This document shows, piece after piece, positions 1-12,482 of a stretch of 64,000 nucleotides of DNA (its first letter is position 1; the number at the start of each line of letters is the position of its first letter). The DNA comes from Psammoneis japonica (Eukaryota), in assembly GCA_008632985.1 (NCBI GenBank), contig QPGO01000005.1, positions 1,075,607 to 1,139,606 of the forward strand, in the 5' to 3' direction. The position numbers were made by a program, and so were the translations under genes. The notes beneath the pieces were generated by a model. The model did no database searches and was not told where the DNA came from. It worked only from the letters and a program-made list of their open reading frames with translations.

Positions 1-495
1 CGAAATCTCCCAGCTGACTTGTGCAACCCCAGACGAGAGAGGCACCTAACAAGGCACCTAGGAACTGGGCCAGCCAGTAGCACAACATCTTCTTGAAAGA
101 CATTTCACGCTGGAAGACCATCATCAAACTTACGCCCGGGTTCTTAAAAAACAAAAAAGTAATCAAAATGAAATCAAACCTGTTGGCAAAAAACGAAAAA
201 TGCTCATAATTAATTTTGTTATACATACCATGTGGCCTCCAGTGATGTGCCCAATCGCGTAGACAAGCGTCAGGATACCGATGCCGAAACAGAGGGCAAT
301 GGGAAGGACACGAGCCACATCCTCGTTAAGACCTTGACCGACGAGCTTGGTTCCAGTAGAGACCGCACTCAAACAGCCAATCCATACAAACATGGAAGTC
401 GCCAAGAACTCCACGAGCGTATCGCGAATCAAGCGCTTACGATTGGATGTGTCATCCGGCGATCCTTCTTTGAAGAGCCTGAGAATAGTCGACAT
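1..495 (-). CDS. Aquaporin (MIP family), 5' part; continues off the left edge
   Basis: ATG at 495. TM1 VEFLATSMFVWIGC and GHITGGHM are followed by a GT..AG intron (228-143) and then NPGVSLMM...YWLAQFLGALLGA. Confidence 0.93.
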
Positions 496-1303
496 GGTGG
501 ATCTTGTTGTGGTTGATGGTGAGACTTGTTGGTTGTTTACCCGTGAAAATTTGTGTGTAGTGAGTGAGTGACCGTACAACTATCGCGGTGTCACTCGAAG
601 CAGGTGCGCAGTGTTCTTTATTGAGTTCGCAACAAACACCTTTGTGTAGAATTATACTGGATCCTGTACTGCCTGGAGTGTACTTTCGGAAAGAAAGATC
701 CAAGATTCGGGATTGCCTAAATTGTACGTGGCAGATATTTTTTTCGCATTTTCGATGTCACACCAATATAACGGCTTTCTTACTCGTGCTACTTTTTTGC
801 CCTAAATGATTTTATGATTTTAATACAGATATTAGAATGAATTTAATTAAAAAATACATACAAGATTTCCTTCTTTCGCGCGCTTTTTAGTCTTGCTTTC
901 CACAACATTTTTGAGATCATGGTATGACCTACGTATCGGGCAGTATGAATACCGGTACCGTACTCATACACCGTGACGTGATGCGCACTGAGCACATACA
1001 ACAAAGGATGAGGTCCGGTCATACATTGAAAGTTTAAGTATTGATCGTCCGAGAGCAAGACACCGCAGCACAGACCTAATTGGGAGCAGGAGCAAGAGGA
1101 GGTATGGGGAACCGGCGTCATCACATGTAGCCACTAGCCACACTTTCAGCTTGCCATGATGGGGCTGCTCAAACCGGCCAAAAGCAAGATGCGTCGCTAG
1201 AGACTCTCTCTAGAGAGAGCACTTGTACGCTGTACTCTGAATCAACGCTACGCACAAAAGCTCTCGCTCTGAGATAGTTAAAACAGTTGTTGAAACATAA
1301 TTA

Positions 1304-4300
1304 CTACTTTATCTCCATAGTCATCTTAATGTTCATACCGGCAAGCTCGTTTGCAAGATATCGATACACATAGGGTAAAACAATTGGCTCGACGCTGTCA
1401 TCATTGCCACCCTCTCTCGTTACGGCATTCTTGCACTTGGCATTACGACAATACAAACGCAGTCGCGCTTTGTGTGTGGCCTCCGCCACAGTTTGACCTG
1501 CAGACAGGACTGAGCTTCGTTCGGTGGTTGGGGAAAGCAAGTCACCGCAACGACTGCAAGCATAAGTCACGTGCTTGTCACTGCAATTCAAAAGCCGGTC
1601 ATGTAGCAAGAAGGCCGTTCCGTGACTGAGCAGTGAATCACGTTCCATCTCACCCAAACGGATACCACCGCCTTTCTTCCGGCCCTTGATGGGCTGCCGA
1701 GTCAAAGGATTCACCTGACCCGTCGCTCGGACCTGATACTTGTCGGATACCATGTGTCGGAGGCGTTGATAAAACACAACTCCGATATACAAATCAGCGT
1801 GCATCAAGCAGCCAGACACCCCGCTATAAAGCGGTTCGCTTCCATAATAGTTGTAACCTGCAGCCTGTAGCTGCTCTCCGAAATGATCAATTGCTAACTT
1901 GTCCCCCGACTCGTGGAACGAAAACGGTGTAGCATCCTTGGAAGAAAGGATTAATGAGAAGACTGTTAGCAGATGTACACATAACAGCAACAGCTATGAA
2001 GAATGGTTTCAAAATAGCACACTGCTTACCTGATACATGCCGTGCAGAGCTCCGCTTTTTCCAGCCATGCTTTCGATAAGCATCCCAATCGTCATTCGAC
2101 TTGGAAAGGCGTCTGAGTTCAACGCAAAGCAAAATGCTGTGTAAGATTACAGAAGCAAAGAATAATCCAGTGCATACTAAACCGGCGACAGACTCACGTG
2201 GATTGATAATCACGTCAGGGCTTAGCCCACTCTCACTAAATGGCATATCTTCTTGGGGCCAAACAATGCTCAGAACACCCTTTTGTCCATGTCGAGATGA
2301 GAACTTATCTCCAATAACAGGGTTTCTAGGGAATCGTAACGTTATTGAAAGCTTTTCCTCGCCAAGCTTGGCTTCGCCACCAATCTTGCGCACGGACTGC
2401 ACATATGCTCGCTCCTTCTCCTTGTGCTTACCTGCGCGGTCCTTGTTTGTCAATTCATCCACAACACAATAGAGTGGATCGCCTTCTTCTACCCATGCAC
2501 CCACCTCGGGAATACCATCTTCTCCCAGCGTCGGATAAAGATTTTTACCAGCCCGTCTGTCAAACTTGTTGGCGAAACGCATTTGCGGCGTGCCGCCGCT
2601 TCCCTTTGATCCCGATTTCCCCGCTTCATCTTTGAGATCAACTTGCATGTTCTTGTAAACAGACGCGTGAGCAAAGCCACGTTCGTACGAGGATTTGTTG
2701 AGGATCATGGCATCCTCCATGTCGAATCCAGTGTAACTCAACACAGCAACAACTGCGTTGGTTCCGTTTGCGTATTCATCCATTCGATACTCTCCGTGTC
2801 GAGATGTTTGAACAACAGGGGCTTGCGGTGTCTGTAATCGATACAGCTTGTTATCAGTCCTGTATGGGAGGGAATGCGCTGGTGTTCCCATGGTTTGCTT
2901 CCCCATTTGACACTGGTACATGTTTCTCGGACTCTGATTGTAGTCGGAGAAAGGCGTGAGGTTTGCAATGAGACTAAGCATGTTCGTAGGATCGAGCTCT
3001 TGATGGGTCGTTATGCCCTCCCGAATGTCCTCATCAAGACAGGCAATATCCATGAATGGTTGCTCCATTGGTCCAATCATCTCCGTCCGACCCGAGGAGC
3101 GATGGAGAACCGGCCGCACCATACGAGCCGAGCCGGTAAAGAGGTACAGACCAGGGTAAGGGCCACCGTGGTTGCCTGTACGGGCGGAAAAAAGAATGTT
3201 GCTTGAGACAATGATTGCATAACGCCAATAAAAGAAAGCAGGAATAGAATTTACCAGCTGGAATGAGTGCAACTTCAAGAGTCGGAGGGACTTGCGGTGG
3301 ATCGTGCACCTTGAGTTGTCGCAATCGAGTGGCAATTGTTTTACAGAGTTTGGGCACCGCCCCACCAATCACTTTGCCATCGAGACAAACAGGCATGTGG
3401 ATATGTGATGGATTAACTCGGCCATCTCCACTGGATCCTCCACCTGCAGGTAAGACGCCCATGAGAATGAGCCGTGATTCCAGCGGCATCATGTCCTTTT
3501 CAACGGGCGCCGGGTAGGCCAAGACAGAACACTTAAGCGACAAATGACTTAGCAACCCGCAAGGTCCACCATCAGGAGTATGAACAGGACATAAGAAACC
3601 CCATTGGTCTGGAAGGAGCTTTCGCACCGCTGTCGTTTTCATTTCCATAAAGAACTGACCACGATGAACGGAACGGAAATGCGAGCAAAAACGCAAGAAG
3701 TTGAGACGTTCGGCCACAATGGTGTATCCTGAAACTTGCATCAAATCCAGGCCAGTTGTAGAAATAATGTTTCCCGTGGAAAGAAAGTGCTGCACTTTCT
3801 TGCCAATGGCGCCGCCTCCATTTCGATCGACCTGGCGATTCCAGTACTTCACGTCTTGAATGTGGGCTACAAGCTTTGGGAAATCCTGCTTCGCGTCTTT
3901 CAGCAAAGCGAGTCTTATGGCTTGCAGCATTTCTTCAAACTTTTCCTTGACAAATACAGTCATCAAGTGACCGGGCAAAAGAAGCTCTTGGTTCTGCAAC
4001 GAATCTGCATTGTCCACCCCGCAATCGCCTGCGGCGAAAGCATACAATTTTCGTAGCAATAGGAGCAAGCAATCTAGTTTGTCCTTGTAATCCATCAAAT
4101 GTATCAAGACATAGCTGCTCGAAAAGAAAGCGAGAGATGTTAGACTGCAAATGCAGACACGGAAGTGTATTCGCAGTATCAAATCACCTACCGTCTTATC
4201 ATGAAATGGCCAATCTCGACGTTGGATGTGCTTCTGGCTCGTTGACTAAGGTTCCGAAAGCGTACACCTAGATAAGCTAGGCACTGCTTAGGCGTATTCA

Positions 4301-5427
4301 AATGCCCATACCGGGCGCGTGCTTCTTGCAAAAGCAGTTCAGCTCGAGCACGCAGAAATGTATTGGATTCGTCGCCTTGAATGATACGTTGGTACAATTC
4401 CTCGTCTGTGATGCCCATGCTATCGGCCGTGGCAATGTTTTCTCCTTCTCCGCTTAAAGCACGGACAACGAGAATAACCGGAAGGAGAAATTCTTGCTTC
4501 CTTGCCACGAATCTGAGAGACGCACCACCCGTCGTCAAGTAGTGCAGTGTATTCGTGATGGACGAACAATCATGGTTGTGTCGTTTGCATCGAATTGCAA
4601 TACCCAGATCAGAATAGGTTGGTCCTCTATTCTTGTAATTATTTCGTTGAATGGCGGTAGGGAAGTTGCTCCTAGGGATTTGCAGTAGTCGCACACACCG
4701 TTCAATTCCATTGACGAGAAAGTACCCGCCAAATTCATTGTGCTATTCAAGCGAGAGTAAGTGTTCTGTGAGTAAGTATGCCATGACGACTCTTGGAAAC
4801 AATCAGACGAAATGAAGACTACCGGTACTGAAGCATACTCACTTCTTCCTTGAGTTGCACCAGCTGGGCAGGGGTCTTGTTTCTTAAGTGACACGCCTTG
4901 GACATTGTCATAATGGGCATGTCACCAAAGTGTTTGTTAATCTTCTGCACCCTCCCTGGAATCTTGGAAGAACCGCGTTTCTGTATCAATTGGAAACAAA
5001 CATCACCACGAATGGGACCCGAATACATACATTGTAGCTGCCTACAATCATGCGGTGTCAAACGCTTGGTCTTTCCATTGACTTTGTGAGTAGGAGGCGT
5101 AATGCGCACATCTTCTATCCAGAACTTGATGGTTTCAACGCTCGATGATGACGCATCTAGTGGAGCCGACGGGTCTCTCAAGTCGAGCTCTGCAGGCTGA
5201 ACGTCGAGAATGGCCTTTGCCAGACCAGTGTCCAAGAAATAATCAAAGGACTCGACATGGGGAGCAGCCAACTCACAAAGGGCCTTCTTGATGTCGGGAT
5301 TTGCCAAGTGTCCGCGATCAAACGACGGGCAACTTCTCACAGCAGGTTTCGATTGCTTGCTTGTTTTCTTTTTCGTTCTGCTTGGAGTGGAAGCTCTGTG
5401 TGACTTACTGGGGCTTGCCGGCACCAT
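1304..5427 (-). CDS. RPA2: RNA polymerase I second-largest subunit, about 6 exons
   Basis: Spliced ORFs give [74 protein letters not shown] and [11 protein letters not shown], plus a C-terminal Zn site. RSVHRG and [11 protein letters not shown] are Pol I-type. Confidence 0.96.
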
Positions 5428-6119
5428 AGCGATGTATTCAGTGCCTTAGAAGGGGTTGGATGTTGCTTACAATGGAGGCACGGCGGAAGTCTTCTCTGTC
5501 TCTGACCTTCATTCATCGCGCATCACGTTATTTGCTTATTTTTCATCTGCGTTTTTGTTTTGATGGCCTTCGTGGTCTCGCCGTCTTGCCGTGGTCAGTC
5601 TGATGGTGTTGTCAGCAGTTGATGGCTTGGAGAACGGATTGCAAGTTGCAAGTGTAAAGCCAGCAACACCTGTCTCCCTCTGCTCTCTAAAGTGGCCAGT
5701 TAGCAGTCACACTTGAAGCAGATTGCAACCCACAACTGTGACAATTCTTGAGCAAAGAACCAAGATGCTGCACAAGAACCCTCTCGATCATGAGTGGCCA
5801 AGAAAAGGGGGTCCCACACAGACATCAGAGTGCACGAAATGTCAAAAATGTGCAGATTTACATGATGATAATTTGTCAAAACATTGCAAAAAATTATTGC
5901 CACACAATGAAATGCCAACCTCTGGTTGCAAGTTTGGTGTGCCAACATTGCAATGACTTGTTGAGAATCAAGTGTGCTGTTTTTCACTGTGCCTGCATCA
6001 CCATTTCTGCCTCCACCTTGTTGCCATGTGCCAATGCGTGATTGCATTGCCACACAATCCTTGGTTTGCCAATTTTCGTGAACATCATTTTAAACAAGAA
6101 AAGCATTTCATCGGTTGGG

Positions 6120-7420
6120 TCAATCCCTTGTTGCGTCTGCAGTGCAATGACCGAGTGCCACGTTGGCTGTGCACACATTTTCTTGCTGCAACTCTCTTGA
6201 ACCAAGCTGACGATCATCATCGGACTTGTCTCCATCAGACTCGTCTCCTCTGTCGTCCGTTTTGCCTTTTGCGCCTTCCTCCTGCTCATCGTTGTTGCTG
6301 TTGTCGTCCCTGCTGCTCTCCACCATTGGGCTGTTCATTGCCTTCACCTTCTCCGTGTCACCGGTCGGTGCTTTCTTCTTCTTTTTTTGCTTCTCCGGAC
6401 TTCTCACACTCGCTTTTCTTGATCTCCACATGCCACTTTTCAAACTCCTTGCCCTCCTTGGAGTCTCTGTCTTTTGTCACCTCTTTGCACAAATCGTTGA
6501 ACCGATTGATTCCGTCGTCTCCCCAAGACACTCGTTGTTTCTTTGGCTTCATGCACCAAGGGGCAGGCCTTGTTTCTTCGGGCTCCATTTCCTCACCCAA
6601 TTCTTCCACCGCCTCCTCCTTGTTCCTGCATGCCCACACCTGCCAACAATTCTCCCTGACAGCGCCAAAGCTTTGTCACCGACCGCAAACAACTGTGAGA
6701 CCTGTGCGTTCCCAGTTTTGACGGCGCTGCTCCATGCCTGCTTTTGCTTGGTTTGAGGCAGCATGTGATCACAGAACCACTTGCATGCCTGCTTGTTCCT
6801 TCGTTTGCCACCGGTGACAGTGTCAGGCCAAACAGATCCCATGTCAGCACAAACGGGATGTCATTCTCTTCATTCTTGTCACAGGGCTTGACTTTTTCCT
6901 GCCTTGCTTTTTCCTCCTGACTGCCGCCTTGAGTTTCTTTTCTTTTTCCTTTCCCTCTTCCTCAGTGACAACGCCTGCACAGATGAAGCATCACCGTCAT
7001 CTTCTTGTGAGATGTGCGCAACTCTCGAATCACACACATTGGTCACTTGACTTGCGGGCCATTGCCTCTGCCCCAATGGCCGAACACACCGTGTTTCTGT
7101 GATTGTCAATTTGCCTTTTCACCGCCTTTTTTGCCCATTCCTCCCAAGTTCCTGACCAATTTGAAATGTCCATGTTGCCACTGGCAATCTGTTTCTTGAC
7201 AAACATTGAGACGCTCCCATTGCTTGCCAATTCTGGTGGACTGAGAAACTTCACCTGTGGAAAGAGATCATTTCCAGCCACCTTCTCCACTTCTGATTTC
7301 AATGCACCACGCGCTGCCTGCGCACCTGTTCTCTTCAACACTGCCTGAAGTCTCGGGCTCATTGGCTTGACAGTCTCATTTTTCTTTCTCTTCTTTGCCG
7401 GTGGTGCTGGAGACGACATC
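6120..7420 (-). pseudogene. Decayed transposon accessory ORF
   Basis: Fragments FPQVKFL, FCDHMLP...VGDKALAL and SWGDDGINRFNDLCKEVTKDR with an acidic tail. They resemble, from memory, accessory ORFs beside Plavaka/CMC-like transposases. Confidence 0.5.
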
Positions 7421-7868
7421 TTGATCTTTTCACGGCAAAAATGAGAGGAGTGGCACTGTTCGACGACAGTGCAACCGTTGTTTGGGTCGTGTTGAGACAG
7501 CCAGCCACTCTGTTTTGCTCTGTGACATTGCACAAATTGTTGTCAGCAACGTTGAAATTTGAAAACACATTTGCACATGACAACGAATGGCCCAACTTGC
7601 TTTTTGACATGGCTGTCATTGCGTTTCAAGGGAGATGACATCCTGCATTTTGACAGCAAATAAAAAGTGCAATGTTCACTGTGAATGCCAGATAAAAAAT
7701 CAAAATGCAGACACGTCACACCCACAAGAATCATCCAAATCTGGAAGACAATGTAATGTTTGCCAATTTCCCGCCATTTTTTGTGTGTTGTTCTTCTTTT
7801 CCCTTCTCATCCACAAGACAAGGACGACGAGCATGAGTCTTGATGGAGGCCCTGTCAATGTTGTCTGA

Positions 7869-9208
7869 TTGACAATGGACGGGTGCGGATGGAAGCTTCA
7901 AAAGCTTCATGAAACACTCCATCTCCCAGTGTTTCTTTGTCATTGCCGACATGCGATGAACTTTGACGCAGGCTTGGGGGAACATCTCTTGAAAGACTTT
8001 TTCAAGCTGCTGTCATCTGCCGCACAACAACGCAACCTCGACAGTTTTCTGAAGCAGGTTGTGTCGCGCATGGAGGACCAAATGAGGCTCAACGCTGCAA
8101 TTTCAGCCAACAGTTGGATTTTGCCAAATGGGAAAAAGGAAACATCAAGAGTCAGGACAGACAATCACACGCTGGGAGGAAGTGCGTTCACTCTCACCTG
8201 CAACCAAGGGATCGGCACTGTGACGTTTGAGTGGAACAGCTTGCATGCTCGTTGCCAAGTTCATCCTGTGTTGCTGAACTTCATGTCGGAAAAGTGGGAG
8301 GATTGTGTTGGTGAAGACAGTGAAAATGCACATCTGACTTGCAAGACAGAGTTTTACAATGCAAACGGGGGGGATGCGCACCGTGCGCACCCCAATTGCA
8401 AAAGCGAAGGCCCATGGAATGACTTTGCCTGTGTGACCTTTGGCGACGCGTTCCAGACGTAGGTGGGAATCCGTGTGACATTGGGCCCGTAGACTTCTAC
8501 GTGCGAGCTCCGTAGTAAAATTATACGGTAATTAAAATGTCAATGATCGCCAACAAAAAATGAGGCAATTTTGCGAACGCACAAACTCGCACATGATTGA
8601 AGTACATCATTTTTTACTTAGCCAGTTACATTCTTCAGACATTGAAGAATGTAACTGGCGCATTATTTTTTTCTTTAAATTTGTTATATAAAACGTCTGG
8701 GGCTTCGCAAAACAGCGAGTCTGGACAATTTTTTTTAAATATCACACGTAGAAATCTACGTACGAAACATGCGACGGATGATAAAAATTATTGTTGTCAC
8801 ACGTCAGTACTACGAGCTCCCACTAGGGCTGGAACGCGTCTGGCACACGAAAGGGCGATCAACAGTTTCCCTCCCGTTTGCTGTGTTTCTTCTAACAGGA
8901 AGACACAGGATCGATTTTTGCAGTGGTCCATCCAACTGCTTGTCAAGCTGACCAGAGAACTGTGAGGCAACGGCATCAGCATGCAGACTTGGTCAGTCGC
9001 TGGCAGCTTGATCACAAACGAAACAACTGGCTTTCAACACCTGAGAAGACTCAGTGCTCACCCAAGCAACGGGTTGTCCCTGTCGAAGCAATTGGGGACA
9101 ATGTTTTGGTTTGTGAAGAATGTCCAGGAGCAGTGGAAGTGCAAGAAAAGGCCCTGTTTGTTTGGGCCACACAGGACAGAAGGAAGTGTTGGTCAGATTT
9201 GTTTCTAA
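7869..9208 (+). pseudogene. C-terminal part of a Plavaka/CMC-like transposase, interrupted by a MITE
   Basis: GWKLQKLHE...NFDAGLGEHLLK...AQQR and HRAHPNC..EGPWNDFACVTF. Removing the MITE and one TSD restores the frame (VTFGTRKGDQQFPSRLLCFF). Family recalled from motifs only. Confidence 0.6.
8445..8840 (+). mobile_element. MITE copy 1 (396 bp)
   Basis: TIRs GACGCGTTCCAG..GTGGGA / TCCCAC..CTGGAACGCGTC; 4-bp TSD TGGC (8441-44, 8841-44); TA-rich interior. Confidence 0.9.
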
Positions 9209-12093
9209 AATGGGGTGCGCGAATCAATCTGTCATTCACTCACAGTGATTTCCCAACTCTTTCTTGCAAACATGATGAATTTGATCCTTTCAGAATTGGC
9301 AAAGTCATTGTGGCACACGTGAAGCAGTGCGGTGCGAGCACCTTCTGTTGCTTTTGTTCTGATGTCTTCTTCTGAAACTCCAAGACAAGCTTCTTCCTGA
9401 TCAGAAGGCTTTCCCAACCACCGACACGACAGGAAACTCTCGATGTGTCAGATGTGTGCAGTTTTAGAGCAACCACTTCCTCATGGATTCTATGCAGTGT
9501 CCACTCACACGGTCCATTCAGTCATCCTGCGCCATGAAATGTTCCCTGGCAGCCACAATCGCCTGCTGAAAGTCGGCGCTGTGGTCAGGCTGGTTGACAG
9601 CCACCAATTGTGCCTCGATTTGCAATGCCAACTGCAGGACCCTTTCTCTTGCCACGGCTTCTTCGTCCATGGCCCGGATCGCGGTCCATGTCCCTCCCGC
9701 ATTTGATCTGTGCCTGGCCTCAGATCATGCAAAGCTTGCCACTGTTGCTGCAAGGCAATGTCTTTCCTCATCAAATCGTCGAGGGCCTCGTGGAGCAACA
9801 TGATTGCATCCTTCAGGACGCACTGCGGCTGTGTTAGATGTTGCCTTTGAAGGAGTGGCACGGCAAGGCGGTGAATGGATTTGTTGATGCTGTCAATCGC
9901 AGATTGCTCCCTCTCTGCTCTTGTGGCGTCTGTGTCAGAATTTGCCCTGAGGCTTCTCAGAAGCAACATCGAGTCACAGCTGTGCAGCATGTGCAGCCTG
10001 CATTCTGATTTTTGATGTCCCGCAATGGAGATTGGGAGCCCCAGTTCTTTTGCATCAAATGCGTCACTGTGAAGAAAGCGCTGGAAACTCATTTCCGCTT
10101 CGCTGCAATTTTCCACTGCAACAACACAGTCATTGTCTGAATGGTGTGTCTCGATTGATGACCCAATGCACTGCGCACAGATGTGCTCAAATTTGCAAGT
10201 GGTTGTTGCTTGATTTGACAAAGCACTCTCAAGTGCGGTCGTTGCAGCCACACCGGCACGACGGGCTTCTGCCATTGCTTCTGCCCGATCTTGACACAGC
10301 AGCCTTTGCATCCTTTGCTCTCTGTTCCTCCAAACAACAAGCAGCGTCAGTGTGAACAAAACCACCAACTGTCTCCATCATCCGGCGACGGAAATCCTCA
10401 TCAGCGGACAGACAGAGTTCATCTGACATGGTTTTCTTCCAATGCTCTGATTGTTGTGGTCGTGGGTCGCCATTGCATTCACCAGATTGGTCGTGCGCCA
10501 GTCACATTCGTTCGTCAGTCCTCTCGCGCGTCTTCTTCAACCTGTGCATTAGAAAAATCAACGGCACTTTAATGCCACAACCTTGACACAGCATTGTTCG
10601 ACAAGGTGAGAATGTTGTGACTTAACCTCACCCGGAATCGCAAACGGAGATGGTTCAGGAAACACTTTCACAAGCTCTTCTTTTGTGAAATTGTCTGGTG
10701 GAGGAGGAGGTGACTGACAAGTCATGCTGAGGGTCGGCCACTTTGTTCGGGAACATTCAAATTGTTCCTCGAGAGTCGGCACATCTTGGAGAATCAGCGA
10801 TTCGTTCTGAGAAACATCAGAAGGTTCGCTGTCTTTGGGGTTTTTGAGACTGGGGCTTGAGGAGCAAAGGGAGGCGGCCAAAGAGGTGGCAAGAAGAACA
10901 GAAGAGTTGGAGACAAGAAGAGGAGCACAGACAATCAATCAAACAATGTGATGGATTCACGCCATTTGGATTTTTTCGTTTCCGAGCATTTTTCGTGACG
11001 GATGGAATTGCATTGCCGATTTCTTTCTTCTTGCACTGAGTGGCACAGCCTCAAAACGACACCTTGCAGCCTTGCTTTTGCCGGAATTGTCAGCGGCAGA
11101 AACCACACGATCAATTTTCACACATCTTAAAAGAGTCTCATCGACATGTGTTGCATGCATTTGTTCTCGCTCGACATCAAGCATCACCAGTCGCATGGGC
11201 TTTTCCCAAGAATTTTTGTGTTGGCGGAACAACACAGGGCATTCGTCTTTGGTCGTCTCACAGTGACCAAGAGCCAGGAAATTCTCCAAAAAGTTGAAAC
11301 AAGTGGATGTCTCATCACATTCACTGAACAGGGAGCAAAGCCAATGACCGCAATCACCATTCCTTTCAGGTGCGCACGGCAGAATCTTGTCACGCAGAAT
11401 CAAAAAACCAATCCCTTCAAAACTTCTCAGCTCAATGTGCTTGACAAGTGGCTCTCCCTTTGGGTCGCACAATCCGGGATCATGGAGAAGCTTGTGCAAC
11501 ATGGAAATCTTTGCCATCATGTTGGTTGTGATGTCTGTTGATTTTGCCTTGTCACCGATGACTTTCATGTCCTCTGCTTTGGGAGCGCGGCGATGCTCCA
11601 ACGCGTGAGGATGTTTGGCGCCTTGACTGGAATGGCTCCATCCTTTTGTGGAAAGAAAGTGCAGCAAACTCTTGCACCCAAGTTCCTTTGCAACAATGCA
11701 GTTCACAGCCATTGGCTCCACAAAAAAAAAAGAGGTCTGCCCTTCGACTTTTGCCACACATGGGCAAGCGCGATCCAATTTGGAGAGGGGTCACAAGTGG
11801 AATCGCCGGTGGAGCTGAACCTTGGATTTCACCATCTCGATTGTCACTTTGACACGGCTCCGCTCATTGCTGTCGATCACTCCAAAACTGTTGGCAAAGA
11901 GAGATTCAAATGCGGCCTCCTTGAGGTGGGAACCATTGTTGTCTTGCGACAGAGAGGCAACCGACAGGTCACGTGGCGCCATGGTTGCTGTTCCAACGCC
12001 AAAAAATCTGGTTTCTGCAGCGATTCTGCGTTTTGAGGGACATCTTCCTCTCGATGATGTTCACCCAAATGCAAGAAATGCAGCGTGGCTTTT

Positions 12094-12482
12094 GACGCGT
12101 TCCAGGTCTAGGTGGGACCTCGTACTGCTGAACTGTGGCATCGATAGTTTTTTGAATCTCGTCGTATGTCGCGCACGTAGAATTCTACGTGATTTTTTTA
12201 TATTTTGTGTCATTTTACGGTACACTTATTGAGCGATCCGTCCAAAAACTTTTGACATTTTTTGTTACAGCGCGATTCTATAATGTCTTAAGAATCGCGT
12301 AGGGCAGGTGCATTTGCAAAAACGTCGAGTGGTAAGAGGCATAATTGTACCACAAACTTGGCCGTTTATTTGATGTTGAAGATAAATATATCCATTAATT
12401 AAATTCTCGTACTACGGACCTCGCACGTAGAATTCTACGGGCCCAATGTCACACGGAGTCCCACCTGGGGCTGGAACGCGTC
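12094..12482 (-). mobile_element. MITE copy 2 (389 bp), same family, opposite orientation
   Basis: Same TIRs; TSD TTTT; shares CCGTGTGACATTGGGCCCGTAGA with copy 1; TA-rich. Confidence 0.9.

Noticed and set aside
5680..9475. TIR pair bounding the Plavaka-like element
   Set aside because: Similarity (TGCTCT..AAA) is too weak and no TSD is clear.
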